Origin: Callorhinchus milii
Lineage: Eukaryota
Direction: 5' to 3'
DNA: 64,000 bases
Assembly: GCF_018977255.1 (NCBI RefSeq)
Contig: NW_024704746.1
Location: 31,062,001 to 31,126,000, forward strand
Shown here: piece by piece, positions 10,424 through 22,249 of the stretch
Layout of the letters: each line of letters begins with the position of its first letter
Position numbering within the stretch: the first letter of the stretch is position 1
Made by a program: the position numbers and the translations under genes
Notes under the pieces: model-generated
What the model was told of the DNA's origin: nothing
Seen by the model: only the letters and a program-made list of their open reading frames with translations
The model's database searches: none

Positions 10424-13400
10424 GTAAATGTCTAATGGTAGCTTTCCAACATAACTTAGCAGTCATGTTAAGTTTTCCTTGGGTACTTAAAGAATGTCTA
10501 TTTGTGAGGTTTAAATTGGAAAACATTCGCAGGAAAATATAAGAGTGGCTTCACTGAAATATTATTTGGATATTTATATTTAAATAATTATATTTATAAT
10601 TATACAGATAATTAGTCCTGTAGCTCAGTAGTTAGAACACTCACCTCGCAAGTGAGAGACCTGGGTTCTATTCCCGGCAGAGTGAAATGTTGGCCAACTT
10701 ACTCTTTACTCCACTCGCCTCTGTTTACCTAGCAGTAAGTAGGAACCCGGTTGTTAGTCGATTGGCGGATCGCTTTTCTGAGGATAATAATCCTTAAAAA
10801 AACAATAATAATTTGGTCACTAAATACATGACTGCTTGTGAGACACTGCTGTGCGCAATTGGCAGCTGTGTTTCGCCCACAGATATACAGTCACTTCACT
10901 CTATTCACTCTACAGTATATTCTGTGAAGCGATTTGAGACGTCTTGAAGATGTGATAAGGCGCTATATCAAGTGCAAGGATTATTATTATTATATATGGT
11001 CAGAGGGACTTATAGATGCCCTCCTTTAAGCAATTAAAAGTGAAGGAGAAAAAATACAGATTTAACCTAGAATCCGTTTCAGTAGGTTAGTCCACTTGAG
11101 TGTAATTGTTCCTCATTATAAAAAACTATTCTATGTAAATACAATTGTTTGTGAAATTAGGTCAGCTGATGTGGTCTTCTAGGGGTCAAAGTGGTGGATA
11201 TGGGGCTGACGGGATATTTGGAATTCCTATTGTAGATGATATTTAACTTTGTGTCTTCTATGTTTTGTGTTTAGATAGGGGAGTAATAGAAAGAGTGAAA
11301 GTTTTACAGTTGCGGTTTAAGTCACTCCTCTCTAGAAGCCAAATAAATCAGGCTATTTCTAATTTAATTAAACAGATAAAAGTATCTTGACTCAAAAATA
11401 GATGCTAATTAACTTTTATAGGGAATGTTTGCATAAGTGCAAGCACTGCACAATCTGAAACCGATTGAAACTGATAGACTCCTTGGTTCTATAGAAGAGT
11501 CCTTGAACTGGGGATTATCTTAAAATGATAAGTGTTTAAAGGTTGCATACAGGGAAAAGTACTTTAAACTGCTTTTATTTTAAGTAGCCTCAAAGATTCT
11601 TTCAATGTAGGCATCTCTAAATAATTCATATTCAAAAATTGTTTCAACTGCTATAATGCATACAACAAGCTTTTAACTCAATTGTGGAATGTCATGTATA
11701 TATAAACCAGATTTGATTCTTAATGTTACACCGGGGCTTTACCCTTCACTCGCAATATTACTCTTTCAAAATGACAGATCAAACAAGTTAGAAAGGATAC
11801 ATAAAGGATGGAAAACTACCATAAAACTCAAGCTGTTGTTACAGAAACAGTGGTATTCTTCAACGTACCACACTTATTTATTTTAAAATCAATTGTGCCA
11901 ATAGGGTGGAATGACCTATGAAGCAAAATTAATTGACTGATGTTTTCTAGAGTATGATCAGTAACTGAGTTAAAAGATGCATAAATGTTTGAAAGTAGGT
12001 GAAAAATAATATTTTTTGTGTCACTTTGTATAGTTCAGTATAGTTTTGTTTTTGCAATAACTTTCCTCAGGTAATAGAATTTCTAGGGTTCCTCTTTGGC
12101 TCACAGAGATCAAATTTGAGAATTTGCACTTGAATTTTCACCTTGTTTATTTAAATTTAAAGGGAAAAGTACTTTAAACTGTTTTTATTTTAAATAACCT
12201 CAAAGATTCTTTCAGTTTAGGCATCTCTAAATAATTCATATTCAAAAATTGCTTCAACTGTTGTAATGCAAACAACAAGTTTTAACACATCTGTAGAATG
12301 TCCTTTTAACCTTTTTTTAAACTTTTTAACTTTTTTTTAAACTTGTCCTCCCGACATGAAAGGCGCTATACAAATATAATTTTGTTGTTTTGTTGTTTAG
12401 TAAGTCGAGCCAAAGTTTTGCTTGTTCAACTTGATGAAGCTTTGATGAAATAATGTTGTAATATCCTTAGCAGTGCTTTTCCAGTTTAGTTTTTACTTAC
12501 TCAATCTATCAATACTCTCTCCTACTCCACATTGTAGCTTCAAAGTATGAGTTTGACTGGAGCATATGACATTTTTGCTGAATTCTTTCCTTATCCCTTA
12601 CCCTGCAATGACTACTGCTGGGATATCCTAACACGAGTAACTCTGCTACCTGAAGTTACCATTTTTCACATGAGCGTAGACAATGTGTGTTAGCATTATT
12701 TGACTGGGACAGAAATCAGTCTTTCGTCATCTGACATTGACACATATGTCCAGCAGGGTTCACTAGAAAGGAATGATAATTGCTTATTTTGTTAAAAGTG
12801 CCAGTTCCTAGCCCAAGGAGTTGGGCAAATATAGCTCAAATTCTCACTGTTGCCCTGAATTGGTTAACGCAGAAATTCATCCTGGTTTGTATGACACAGT
12901 ACCAATTTTTTTTAAAACAAATTATGTACTTTCCAGAATTGCAAGAATCTTGGCCTCAAAATTTACAGTAATGTCCATATATCGGGGCAAAACCTTAGGC
13001 AGCTTTTCTTACTCCAGACGCCTCTGTTTACTTAGCAGTAAGTAGGAATCCGGTTGTTAGTCGATCACTTTCCGGGGATAATAATCTCTTCCAAAAAANT
13101 AAATAAGTAATTTGATCACTCTTTGTGGGCAATTGGCTGCCGCGTTTTGACAACAAAAATATCCAGTCTATTCGCTTTACAGTATATTCTGTGAAACACT
13201 TTTGAGACGTCTCAACAACTGCATCAAATGCAAGGATTATTATTATACATTCTTAAGATGTTGCTTAAAGTATGGAAACTACTGAAAAATTGAAGTACTT
13301 TATTTATGGTCATTAACAATGAATTACAATGTAGCATTTCAAACCATTCTAGAAGTGCAGCATTTCTGGCCTTTGTGAGCTTTATTAACTGTGTGGGAGT

Positions 13401-16400
13401 CGAAGAAGTGCAAGATTATTCTTATGGCACTGATCTTGAAACGTATTCATCACTGACTGTGATAGATATATCTACATAATGGCCAATTAAAGGAGAACTA
13501 AAAGAAGTTTTGCGAATTACTTTTTTGAGACTTAGAGCAAATTAAAGCTTTGCAACTAATGTATTCTACTCTAAAGCAACAATAACTACTTAATTCACAG
13601 TTTGTACTGGAAGCGAATGAATATTGCTTCCAGCAGCAATATGATGAGGAGTGTGAAGCCTGATTTGATTCTACCGTGTAATCGCAGTGGTCCTTATAAT
13701 CACATAATTGCACTGATTGACAAGAATTTCTCTGCTCGTGTACAATTTATAAACGTTAAAGCAGCCCCTTACAAATTCTTTTTGTCATTTGGAAAACCCC
13801 AGAATTATTAAGGAATTATTTCTGAGCAGAGCCCAAGTTGATTTTCCCCTGCTGTATTTATATTGTAACGGTATAACTCTCAATGTACTGACAAAAAACA
13901 CCTCCTCAAGGTGATCTCAGAAGCCGGCATCAATGCAATTTGTTTTTGGGTTGTGAATTTAGACTGTGTCTTTTATGGTAATTTCCGAGCGAAACTCGAT
14001 ATAAACTGCTTATTAGAGTCCCTGCTGGATGTATCAGCTACTGTTCAGGACTCAGTCCTATGGCTGGCACAAAGGCATAGTGACTAAGATACAGCTTCAC
14101 TGCAGTCAATTTCTCAAGATTGATTCCTCTCGAGCCTTAACTTAATGAGATGCATTGGTCTCAATCAAAATTAAACATTTTATACCAACAAATCATTTTA
14201 CTCAGGTGTGGGGGGTGTGAAATAAGGGGTGAACAATTCATCATTGTCTCGGTAAGTGCCTCTTATTAGCTCTGAATCATCTTGATGATAATAGAAGCTG
14301 CTGAAGGACGAAACCTCCTCCTGGAAAAGGACAGTGTGGAGGAGGAAATTTATAATGGTTCAAGTAATTGGGGAGTAGGTGGAGATGATTAAGAATAAAA
14401 ATGGGAAGAAAGCCCAGGCATATTAGGGGTTCTTTCAGATGAAGCATCAATGGTAATGAGAAGTTGTTCATGTAAACGTATCAATTGTTGCCGGTTTGAT
14501 TGCGTTGGTATAAATAGATTTATCCCATAAAACTTGCCTAGCAGTGGGGAACCTATGACAACCCGTGTACCTTCACACGATTTTTGCTATGTTAAGATAT
14601 TACAAAGTGTTGCAGTTCTATTAGATATTTATAGCAGCCCAGTCCTATAACTGCTGGATTATTACAGCTTGTAATAGGTTGTACTTTGCAGAAGGCTGTG
14701 ATATTTAGCATACATTGAACTTCTATGTATTCAAAATATTTCAGATTCATTTTTTTAGATAACGAGGAGTTTGATCTAGCATTGAGAAGCCCTTTTTATT
14801 TCCACACTCCTGGATCTCCCAAATGTGAGAGACCCCCATCTGCAATCTTAAATCTCTTCCAGCCTGCCCCTGTTCCCAGATGTCTGACGTTCAGCAAGTG
14901 GATTTACCTCAGCTATTTCTGTCCATGCCTGTGAAAGATAATCAGCAAAACGGCAATACATTTAAAAACAGCAGGGCTCTGTCAAGTTCTTTATTGGTCT
15001 TTATTTGGCTACAGAAAATTATCATTACACTTGACAATGATTGCTGAAGAAGCACTTTAAGGCATTTTGACAAATCATTATAAAAGTGCACATCTTTTTG
15101 ATTTTTAATCAAAATATCTTGATCATTTTCTATATTTAGACTGGTGGGGTGATCTTCAGAAGAAGATGTAAAGGGTAAACCAGTGAAGCAAGAAAGGAAA
15201 AAGTGCATTAACAACTAATAGTAACAATGTAAATCAGCCACTGCTGAGCCAAGATCTCCCCTATGCAATTTGAGCTTGTGTTATCTACTTTCTCTGACTC
15301 CCTGGTATCATGCTCCTGGATCTCCTCTTATCCCGATCAATAGATATTTTGACTTAACTGAACGCTTCAAATAGACGTGTTCTCGATAAGTGTAAGTCAA
15401 CTCTCTCTCTGTATATATATACACACACACAAATATTATACACACACATATATATATGTATTTTTCACTGCTGCCAAAAGGTTTTAGCTTTAGTTAGTAT
15501 ATATATTTAAAGCAATTTTACTACTTTCACACTTTTTATCCTATTCCTTCTACATACTGCAGTCCCTTCTCCAGCCAGGAGATGGTCTGAGTGATAAAGT
15601 ATTTAATGATTACTGTCATCATCTCCCTGTGATCAACGGGTTATGCCATGGGAATTAACCCAGGATGACGTCGTTTGATTTTTTTTCTACCTCCATTTAA
15701 TGCTTGGTGGATCCTTCTAGGATCCTGACAGGAGAAGCAAATATGAATGACAGACAACCATTTGGGGGAGGGGGGATCTAACCTTCAAACTTCTGAGAGG
15801 AAACCAAGCATTCAAGTACTTCCAAGAGAAGAACTGCCATTCATTTCTATGTAGCTGGTAATAATTTGTACTAATTGTGTTGCATATGCTTTGCGCTTGG
15901 CTTATGATTTAGTACCAGGAAAATATTCAGGAATTAAATGAAGTAGCCAGACATCGACCCCGCTCCACCCTGGTGATGGGAATCCAGCAAGAGAACCGAC
16001 AAATTAGAGAACTGCAACAGGAAAATAAAGGTGAGTCTCCTCTATATTGAAACTTGGAACAAAAGCAATGTTCTGCCAAAAGAAAGAAAAATGTACAGAG
16101 GTTCTCATATAATGTGTAACCTAACGGGGGAATATATTCTACTAAATTACCTTGTAGTCCTAAATATTCCCTTTCATGAGGCTAGATACTGCCACTGTTT
16201 CAGAATAATTTCAGAATACTTTTTTTAATATATGTATCATAAGCATTAATCTTGTTAGGCACTTATTGGAATCTAATGGTGATATTCTATAATTAGAAAT
16301 TTACCACTTTGTTTAAACTACCATTTTCCAGTAACATCCATTATGAACAGAAGATCTAAGAACACTGATTTGTGCACTTCAAGAAACATATACTTTGCAC

Positions 16401-18494
16401 ACATAATCATAAACATTAAACTTACACCTTCATTTTTGATGAAATGCAAAACGCAGTTTGTTAACCTCCCTTTATGTGTTGTTTGCACTAATTGGTTTAG
16501 GATCTGAATTATTACTATGCTTTTGTGTAATTATAAAATTACAAAAGTTGGTAAGAGCAGTGACTGATAATTAATAGCACATTAGATTATCCAAAAGCAT
16601 TAGTAATGAGTTAAGTGGAAACTCTTAATTATATTCCTAGAATTACGGACATCACTTGAAGAACACCAATCAGCCCTGGAGCTGATCATGACTAAATACA
16701 GGGAACAGATGTTTCGATTACTGATGGCCAGTAAAAAAGATGATCCTGTAATGATTACAAAATTGAAAGAACAGCATTCCAAGGTGAGCAGAGGTGTCTC
16801 TTTACACTTTACAGTCTGTGTTGGTGTACTTTGTGTTTATTTTTCTCCATTTGTCTGCAATAGGAAGTCTGGCTGTCAAAAGAAAATTCAAAACATCCTG
16901 GTCTAAGCTATAAATATGCACATTTTGATGTATGACTGTAGAAACAAGTTAATTATAGCAATTGGTATTCTCAAAACCAAATTAAATTATTTCAAGACTC
17001 CAGGACTAAATATATTTTTCTCTTTACTCAAGAGAAACAAGAAATTTCTTGTTATCTGGAGTCTTCACATAAGTACAGTGGAAGCTCACGATTAAGGGCA
17101 GTTATTTGACTGCTCTGTTTTGCCTTTATTCATAAAATGCCCTCAAATAGTGGGTTTGGATACCATCAGCTTAAATGAAAACAAACTGAAAATGTAGCTG
17201 AATAGTGAGTTGCCCCTCATTACTAAGGTAACCACAAGGTGAGATTCAACTGTAATCAGCTTTTTAAATATGCATAGAATTTCGGTTAGTTAAAATCAGA
17301 ACTATTAAGAGTATTGGCCAACTTTTTGTTATGTACAACAATAACTTGCTTTTATATAGTGCCTTTCATGAGGGGTAACTTCTTGGAGCACTTGAATAAT
17401 GTCATCATTCTCCACACATTCTCCAGGAACTTCAAGTACATGTGGATAAGATCAATGAAATGGCTGCAGTGATGAGAAAAGCCATTGAAATAGATGAACA
17501 ACGTCTATGTAAAGAACAGGAACGAATTGTTCAATTAGAAGTAAGTAACTGAGCAGCAGTATATTTAAACTAAATAGAAGATGTATTAATGGCAATCTTA
17601 TATTATTATTTTTGAGAAAGTTCTCCATTCATGAAGGCGCTGACCTGCTGGGGTATGGTTCCAAGGGTACTAGCGGTCCTCTGGTACTTTATCCAAATGG
17701 CTGAACATTGACAGGTTCTACCATAATGGGAAGACAGAGGGCTCGATAGTTTTGGAACAACTAGATCAACTGAGCTGAAGGGCCTTCTTCGACCATGAGA
17801 GGCATCACAGTCAAGTCCTCTCACGAGCACTATCAACTGGATATCAGTCAGAAACAGGAATCCAGTCTGATTTGTCATCACCAGCCCACGGGAGCCAAGG
17901 CCAATTATAGTGCCTTAATTCTAGGACAATCTTTTTAATGCACAATTAGTTTTGAATATTCCGAAAATATTGGCCTACTTGGAAGTTTTAAAAATTACCT
18001 CAACAATTGCTTTACATGCACATATTTACATGGGTTGAATTTGTTTTGTGAACCCACTGCTTCAATTGGTGTCATCAATATATAGATATATTCAGCCTGT
18101 ATTCATTCCTATAGTGAAGTTCACCTCACCTACTTGAACACCCAAGTGAATGTCAGAAAACTGATCAACTTTTATGGCCTGGTTTTCACACCCACATTTT
18201 CTACCTGATTTGCGAGAATTTATAGATTTTTTAAAAACTTGTCCAGATCCTTGACCTGAATCCAACGTACTTTAAACGTCTGCTCTGTCTACATTTTACA
18301 GTTGTATTGCATTTGCAAGAATGCTTGATTTTCTTTTTTAATTTTTTTTTCCTTTGCAGCTTGAAAATCAAGGCTTGAGAGAAATTCTACAGGTAAACAA
18401 AGAATCATTCCTCTTCCTGAGGAAAGAGGACACAGAGAATACATCATTATCTGGATTAGTGACTAATTCTGACCTCAGCATGCGGAAGAGCTGA
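10289..18494 (+). CDS. FGFR1OP2: FGFR1 oncogene partner 2 (SIKE family, STRIPAK coiled-coil subunit), 214 aa; join(10289..10423,15913..16030,16641..16783,17427..17540,18360..18494)
   Basis: [23 protein letters not shown]...[12 protein letters not shown]; all introns GT-AG; exon sizes 135/118/143/114/135 sum to 645 nt in frame. Confidence 0.96.
10614..10992 (+). mobile_element. tRNA-derived SINE, long variant
   Basis: AGTCCTGTAGCTCAGTAGTTAGAACACTCACCTCGCAAGTGAGAGACCTGGGTTC head; GCCTCTGTTTACCTAGCAGTAAGTAGG segment; (TTA)n tail. Confidence 0.9.
11551..12302 (+). repeat. Local ~140-bp direct duplication (11551-11693 and 12161-12302)
   Basis: Both copies begin AGGGAAAAGTACTTTAAACTG and share CTCAAAGATTCTTTCA..AGGCATCTCTAAATAATTCATATTCAAAAATTG. 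Confidence 0.85.
12980..13246 (+). mobile_element. 5'-truncated SINE, long variant
   Basis: GCCTCTGTTTACTTAGCAGTAAGTAGGAATCCGG body and ATCAAATGCAAGGATTATTATT tail. Confidence 0.8.
15913..16030 (+). CDS. FGFR1OP2: FGFR1OP2 coding exon 2
   Basis: tttag|[39 protein letters not shown]|gtgagt. Confidence 0.95.
16641..16783 (+). CDS. FGFR1OP2: FGFR1OP2 coding exon 3
   Basis: cctag|(E)[47 protein letters not shown]|gtgagc. Confidence 0.95.
17076..17252. mobile_element. Tigger/pogo-like MITE
   Basis: TIRs CAGTGGAAGCTCAC / GTGAGATTCAACTG flanked by TA on both sides. Confidence 0.65.
17427..17540 (+). CDS. FGFR1OP2: FGFR1OP2 coding exon 4
   Basis: ctccag|[38 protein letters not shown]|gtaagt. Confidence 0.95.
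18360..18494 (+). CDS. FGFR1OP2: FGFR1OP2 last coding exon
   Basis: ttgcag|[44 protein letters not shown]. Confidence 0.95.
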   Translation, partial: LENQGLREILQVNKESFLFLRKEDTENTSLSGLVTNSDLSMRKS

Positions 18495-19218
18495 AGCCTG
18501 CTCATATCCAGAAGCTTCCATTTACTAAGCTCACTTTCAGCGCACATGAACGTTCTATTGCTGACTTGGGAGTCTGCACTTCGTGAAATATGTACAGATT
18601 TCTGTAAATTTTTTAAAAATGATAGGGGTTTCATGACTGGTTGACTGAACTGACAGTAAAATAAGAGCTCACCTTGTTTTTCTATGTGGTTGGCCAAGAT
18701 AAAATGTTGTATATTTTGTTTTTGTCAATCTCATGCACTGTTTAAATACCATTATGTTCAGACCAGGGCAGCTATGGCCATATTAGATTTTCTGCCAGAA
18801 ATTCAGATTAATAAATGTACATTGCTGCTGCCACCAGAAAACACCTCAGGGAAAATAAACCAACCACTAGTTCATACTTAGAACTGATTACCCCTTCTGT
18901 AGAAAGTTAATAATTTATAATGTAAAAATAACAAAGCAGATAAGACAGTTGTAGAATAGTCAAATGTCGCTATAACAAACTCAGGAGTAACTCTCCAAGG
19001 TTTTAGTTCTCTCTGTTGTACTGGGACTTGAGCAGAGAACAGGGGGAAGGTTTGTCATTGTGAAGTTTGACTAGTTCATGCTAAAAGCTCTATAGTTGGT
19101 TACATAAAATAATTTCTATTTTTTACCACGTTTTCATAACAAGATCAGTAAGTCTCAGAATGGGTTGTTGACAGAATTGCTCTATTATACACTGTCTGTG
19201 GATGTCTATATTTGTTTT

Positions 19219-19224
19219 AATAAA
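19219..19224 (+). terminator. Candidate FGFR1OP2 polyadenylation signal (alternative at 18810-18815)
   Basis: AATAAA followed by TG-rich sequence (TTGTTTGT). Confidence 0.45.
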
Positions 19225-19596
19225 AAGAACATATTGATTAAATTGTTTGTAATATACAGGGTCCCAGTGTGATGTACTTTGTCAAATGATTCTAATCTTG
19301 CTTTTTATTCAGCAGTTTTGGAAACATTTCATAAGCTGCCGATTGAATATCTGAGTTTATTGAATGAAGCTAGGTTGGTTTTGTAGATTTAGCTACTTGT
19401 TATCTGCCTAAGAGACACTATGCAACTGCTGGCAATGGTTATGAAACTTAGAAAATGGTGCAATAGTTTGAAAACTAAAAATCATCTCAAAGTGCTTCAT
19501 AGGAATACACTGAAGCCTAGCAACTATTTTATAGGCAAAGCTGCAAGCTTTTTTGATTATGTCCAAGTTATCCTACTTCAAGAGCACTTGTGTGTC

Positions 19597-19850
19597 AGCT
19601 TGATTCATTGGTAGTACTCTCACCTCCGAGTCGGAAGGTTGTGGGATCAAATCCCACGTCAGGACTTGATCTCACATGGTTTAAGCTGACATTCAAATAC
19701 AGTGCTGGGGGGAGGGGTGTTGTAATGTAGAAGGAGAAATTAAACCAATGATCAGTCAGCCTGTTCAGGTGGATGTTAAAGTTCCCATGGCTCTATTCAA
19801 AGAGAAGGGAGTTTCTCCCGATGTCTGGCCAACATATCAACAAATAAATG
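19597..19850 (+). mobile_element. Old DeuSINE (SacSINE1-like)
   Basis: TTGGTAGTACTCTCACCTCCGAGTCGGAAGGTTGTGGGATCAAATCCCAC head; TCAGGTGGATGTTAAAGTTCCCATGGCTCTATTCAAAGAGAAGGGAG Deu body. Confidence 0.75.
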
Positions 19851-20550
19851 TATTCCAATAACTGCTATATACAGCAGAGAATGTACTGCTATGGATCAGT
19901 TTCTTTAGCAGTTCATTTGTTTTTGTAATGATTGCCCATTGTGACATTAGTTGTTAAGCAATCCTCAGTACTACCTATTCAATGAGCCACAAGAGGTTTT
20001 CAGCCATAGCTCACCCCACTTAATTCCTGGGGCACACTTCATCAAGTTCTAATTTATGAATATTCAAACCCAGTGTAATATTTCAGCATTATAAACTTAT
20101 GTATTGATTTGCTCCCTCCCAACAACAGCATGTGTTTTTTTTCTTAACATGTTGTTTTAAAGCCCCCTCCCCATCAACAAAAACACTTCAGTCCATCCCT
20201 TGCAATATTTTTAAATGTCGACTCCATTATATTTCATAAACATTCAATACAATTGACCTCTCAGCAGCCCCTTTCTCACTTACTGCACATCTGGATGTGC
20301 TCCGGAGTTTATTCCATGGCCTACACAGAGTACATAGGCACAAAAACAATCAAGCTCAGACTAATCTGTACTAACAACATTTAACTTATTCAATGAAGTC
20401 TTCCCTGCACCTATAGAAGTTACTTAAACCTATCTGTTAGCTCAGTATGTGGAGAATAGTGGGACAATTAAGATTTTCAAAACACCATTGTGATATCGTC
20501 AATATCAAAGCAATCCAAACAAGCACCATTCAATTGCACTGGAATTTTTT

Positions 20551-20556
20551 TTTATT
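20551..20556 (-). terminator. Candidate TM7SF3 polyadenylation signal
   Basis: AATAAA on the minus strand (another at 20621-20626) about 1.4 kb past the stop codon. Confidence 0.4.
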
Positions 20557-21986
20557 TACATCTTCAATATAAAATATACACATAATGCAAGATTGCTTCA
20601 TTTATTCATATTACAATCATTTCTCAATCATGGGATATTTGTAACAGATCTACAGCAGATTATTTTCCTCATTCTCTTAATAAAGTGCCAGTATTAGATT
20701 CAGAGAGTGGATGTAGGCAGTAAGCAAGGTGGGAACACAATAGAAGCGTTTAGCAAACATTCATTTCACAATTCCTTTGTAGTTTCAAATGCAACGCACC
20801 AGATTTCAGAACGACATTCACTATGAATCTTAAAATGGCGGTAAATGGCGCTTCATTCATAAATTACACTAGAGATTTGGGAAAGGTGGGACTACATTTA
20901 AGATGTTGAATAGACTGTGGTGGTGGGTGTGGGGTGGCGGGGGGCTTAAGACAAGGAGAGAAAGGATGAGGTTTTAAAAATTAAAATTGGGTCAGTCCAC
21001 ATTTTTCTCCACTCCTCACATATCCCATATGGACTAGTTCAATACAGTAGAAACAAAAAGGAGTCTTTATCCTTCAGAACTGTATCATATGGCTTCAGAA
21101 TCTTAACGGTTTAAAAAATGAGTCGCTATAACACCAGGATAGGCCAGCCTGGACTGAAGATACAGTAGCTCTAGAAATGAAATCACTCTAACCGCACCCC
21201 TCCCCCCCACCCCCTTTCAAATTACCCATTGATTTGTTCTAAAGTGTTTGAGAGTACAAACTTTGTTAATATTGTGGATTGATGAACTATTAAAAGGCAA
21301 GAATATTCAAGTTTTTTTTTTAAAAACTTTTGTAAATAAATTGCATTTAATTTCTGGATCAGAAAATGTAACATTGTTCTACAACTTGTTGAGGTATTTA
21401 AATACAGTGCATCATTTGAAAGCCTTCAAAATAGTTTTAAAGATTGGTAAAACTTAATATAACTGCATTTGTCACTATTCAGTAATGAAACTACAATGTG
21501 GTCCAAACATTAATGCTTTAAATGGAAATTTTCTTTCATACAGAGTTTCTCAAGATATGGCACCATCACTATAGTATGAAGAGAAATGTGTTTGACCTAC
21601 CATAAGAGATAGAACTAACAGTGAATTAGATTACATCCTGTGCATTCCTACACAACGGCCATCGGGACTACAAGGATTTTAAATGTAAACATCTTAGAAT
21701 GCAGAGTTAATTGCAGATTAATTATCCATTGAGTAGCCAATAAACTGGAGTCCAACTGAATAGTGGGATCTGGTAGTGAAAATAAAGCACTGATTTCCAA
21801 TCCCTTAAGGCACTGATAGACCATTAACACAATCTGAATGTAAATAAATATTTTTTGTGCAACTTGATAAACCAGCATATCAGAATATCACTCCGTGTAA
21901 ATGCACAAATATGGTTATCTAAAGGTATTGTTTGCATACAGAAAAATAAGTATGCCACTTCTTCATGTACCAAATCAATGCAGATC

Positions 21987-22249
21987 TTATAAGAGCAATG
22001 GTGTGCTTTCACCTGCTGATGGCTCCTTTGTAAAGACCTGTGTAAGAAGTGTCATGGAGCTTTTCATTCGTTCTTTCAGTGGTGGAATATGGTGGCTTGG
22101 GTCAAGAATGTTGGTCTGTCTGCGCTCTCGGTCACGCTTCCAGGTTTCATATGGATTTGATGGGAACAAAGGTTGGTTTCTTTCTCTGTGAAATTGGAGC
22201 ACTATACCACTTACGAACAAGACAACCCATACAGTTAGCATAATATAGT
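21987..22249 (-). CDS. TM7SF3: TM7SF3 exon 12
   Basis: (D)[59 protein letters not shown]...ESTPLLL*. Confidence 0.95.
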
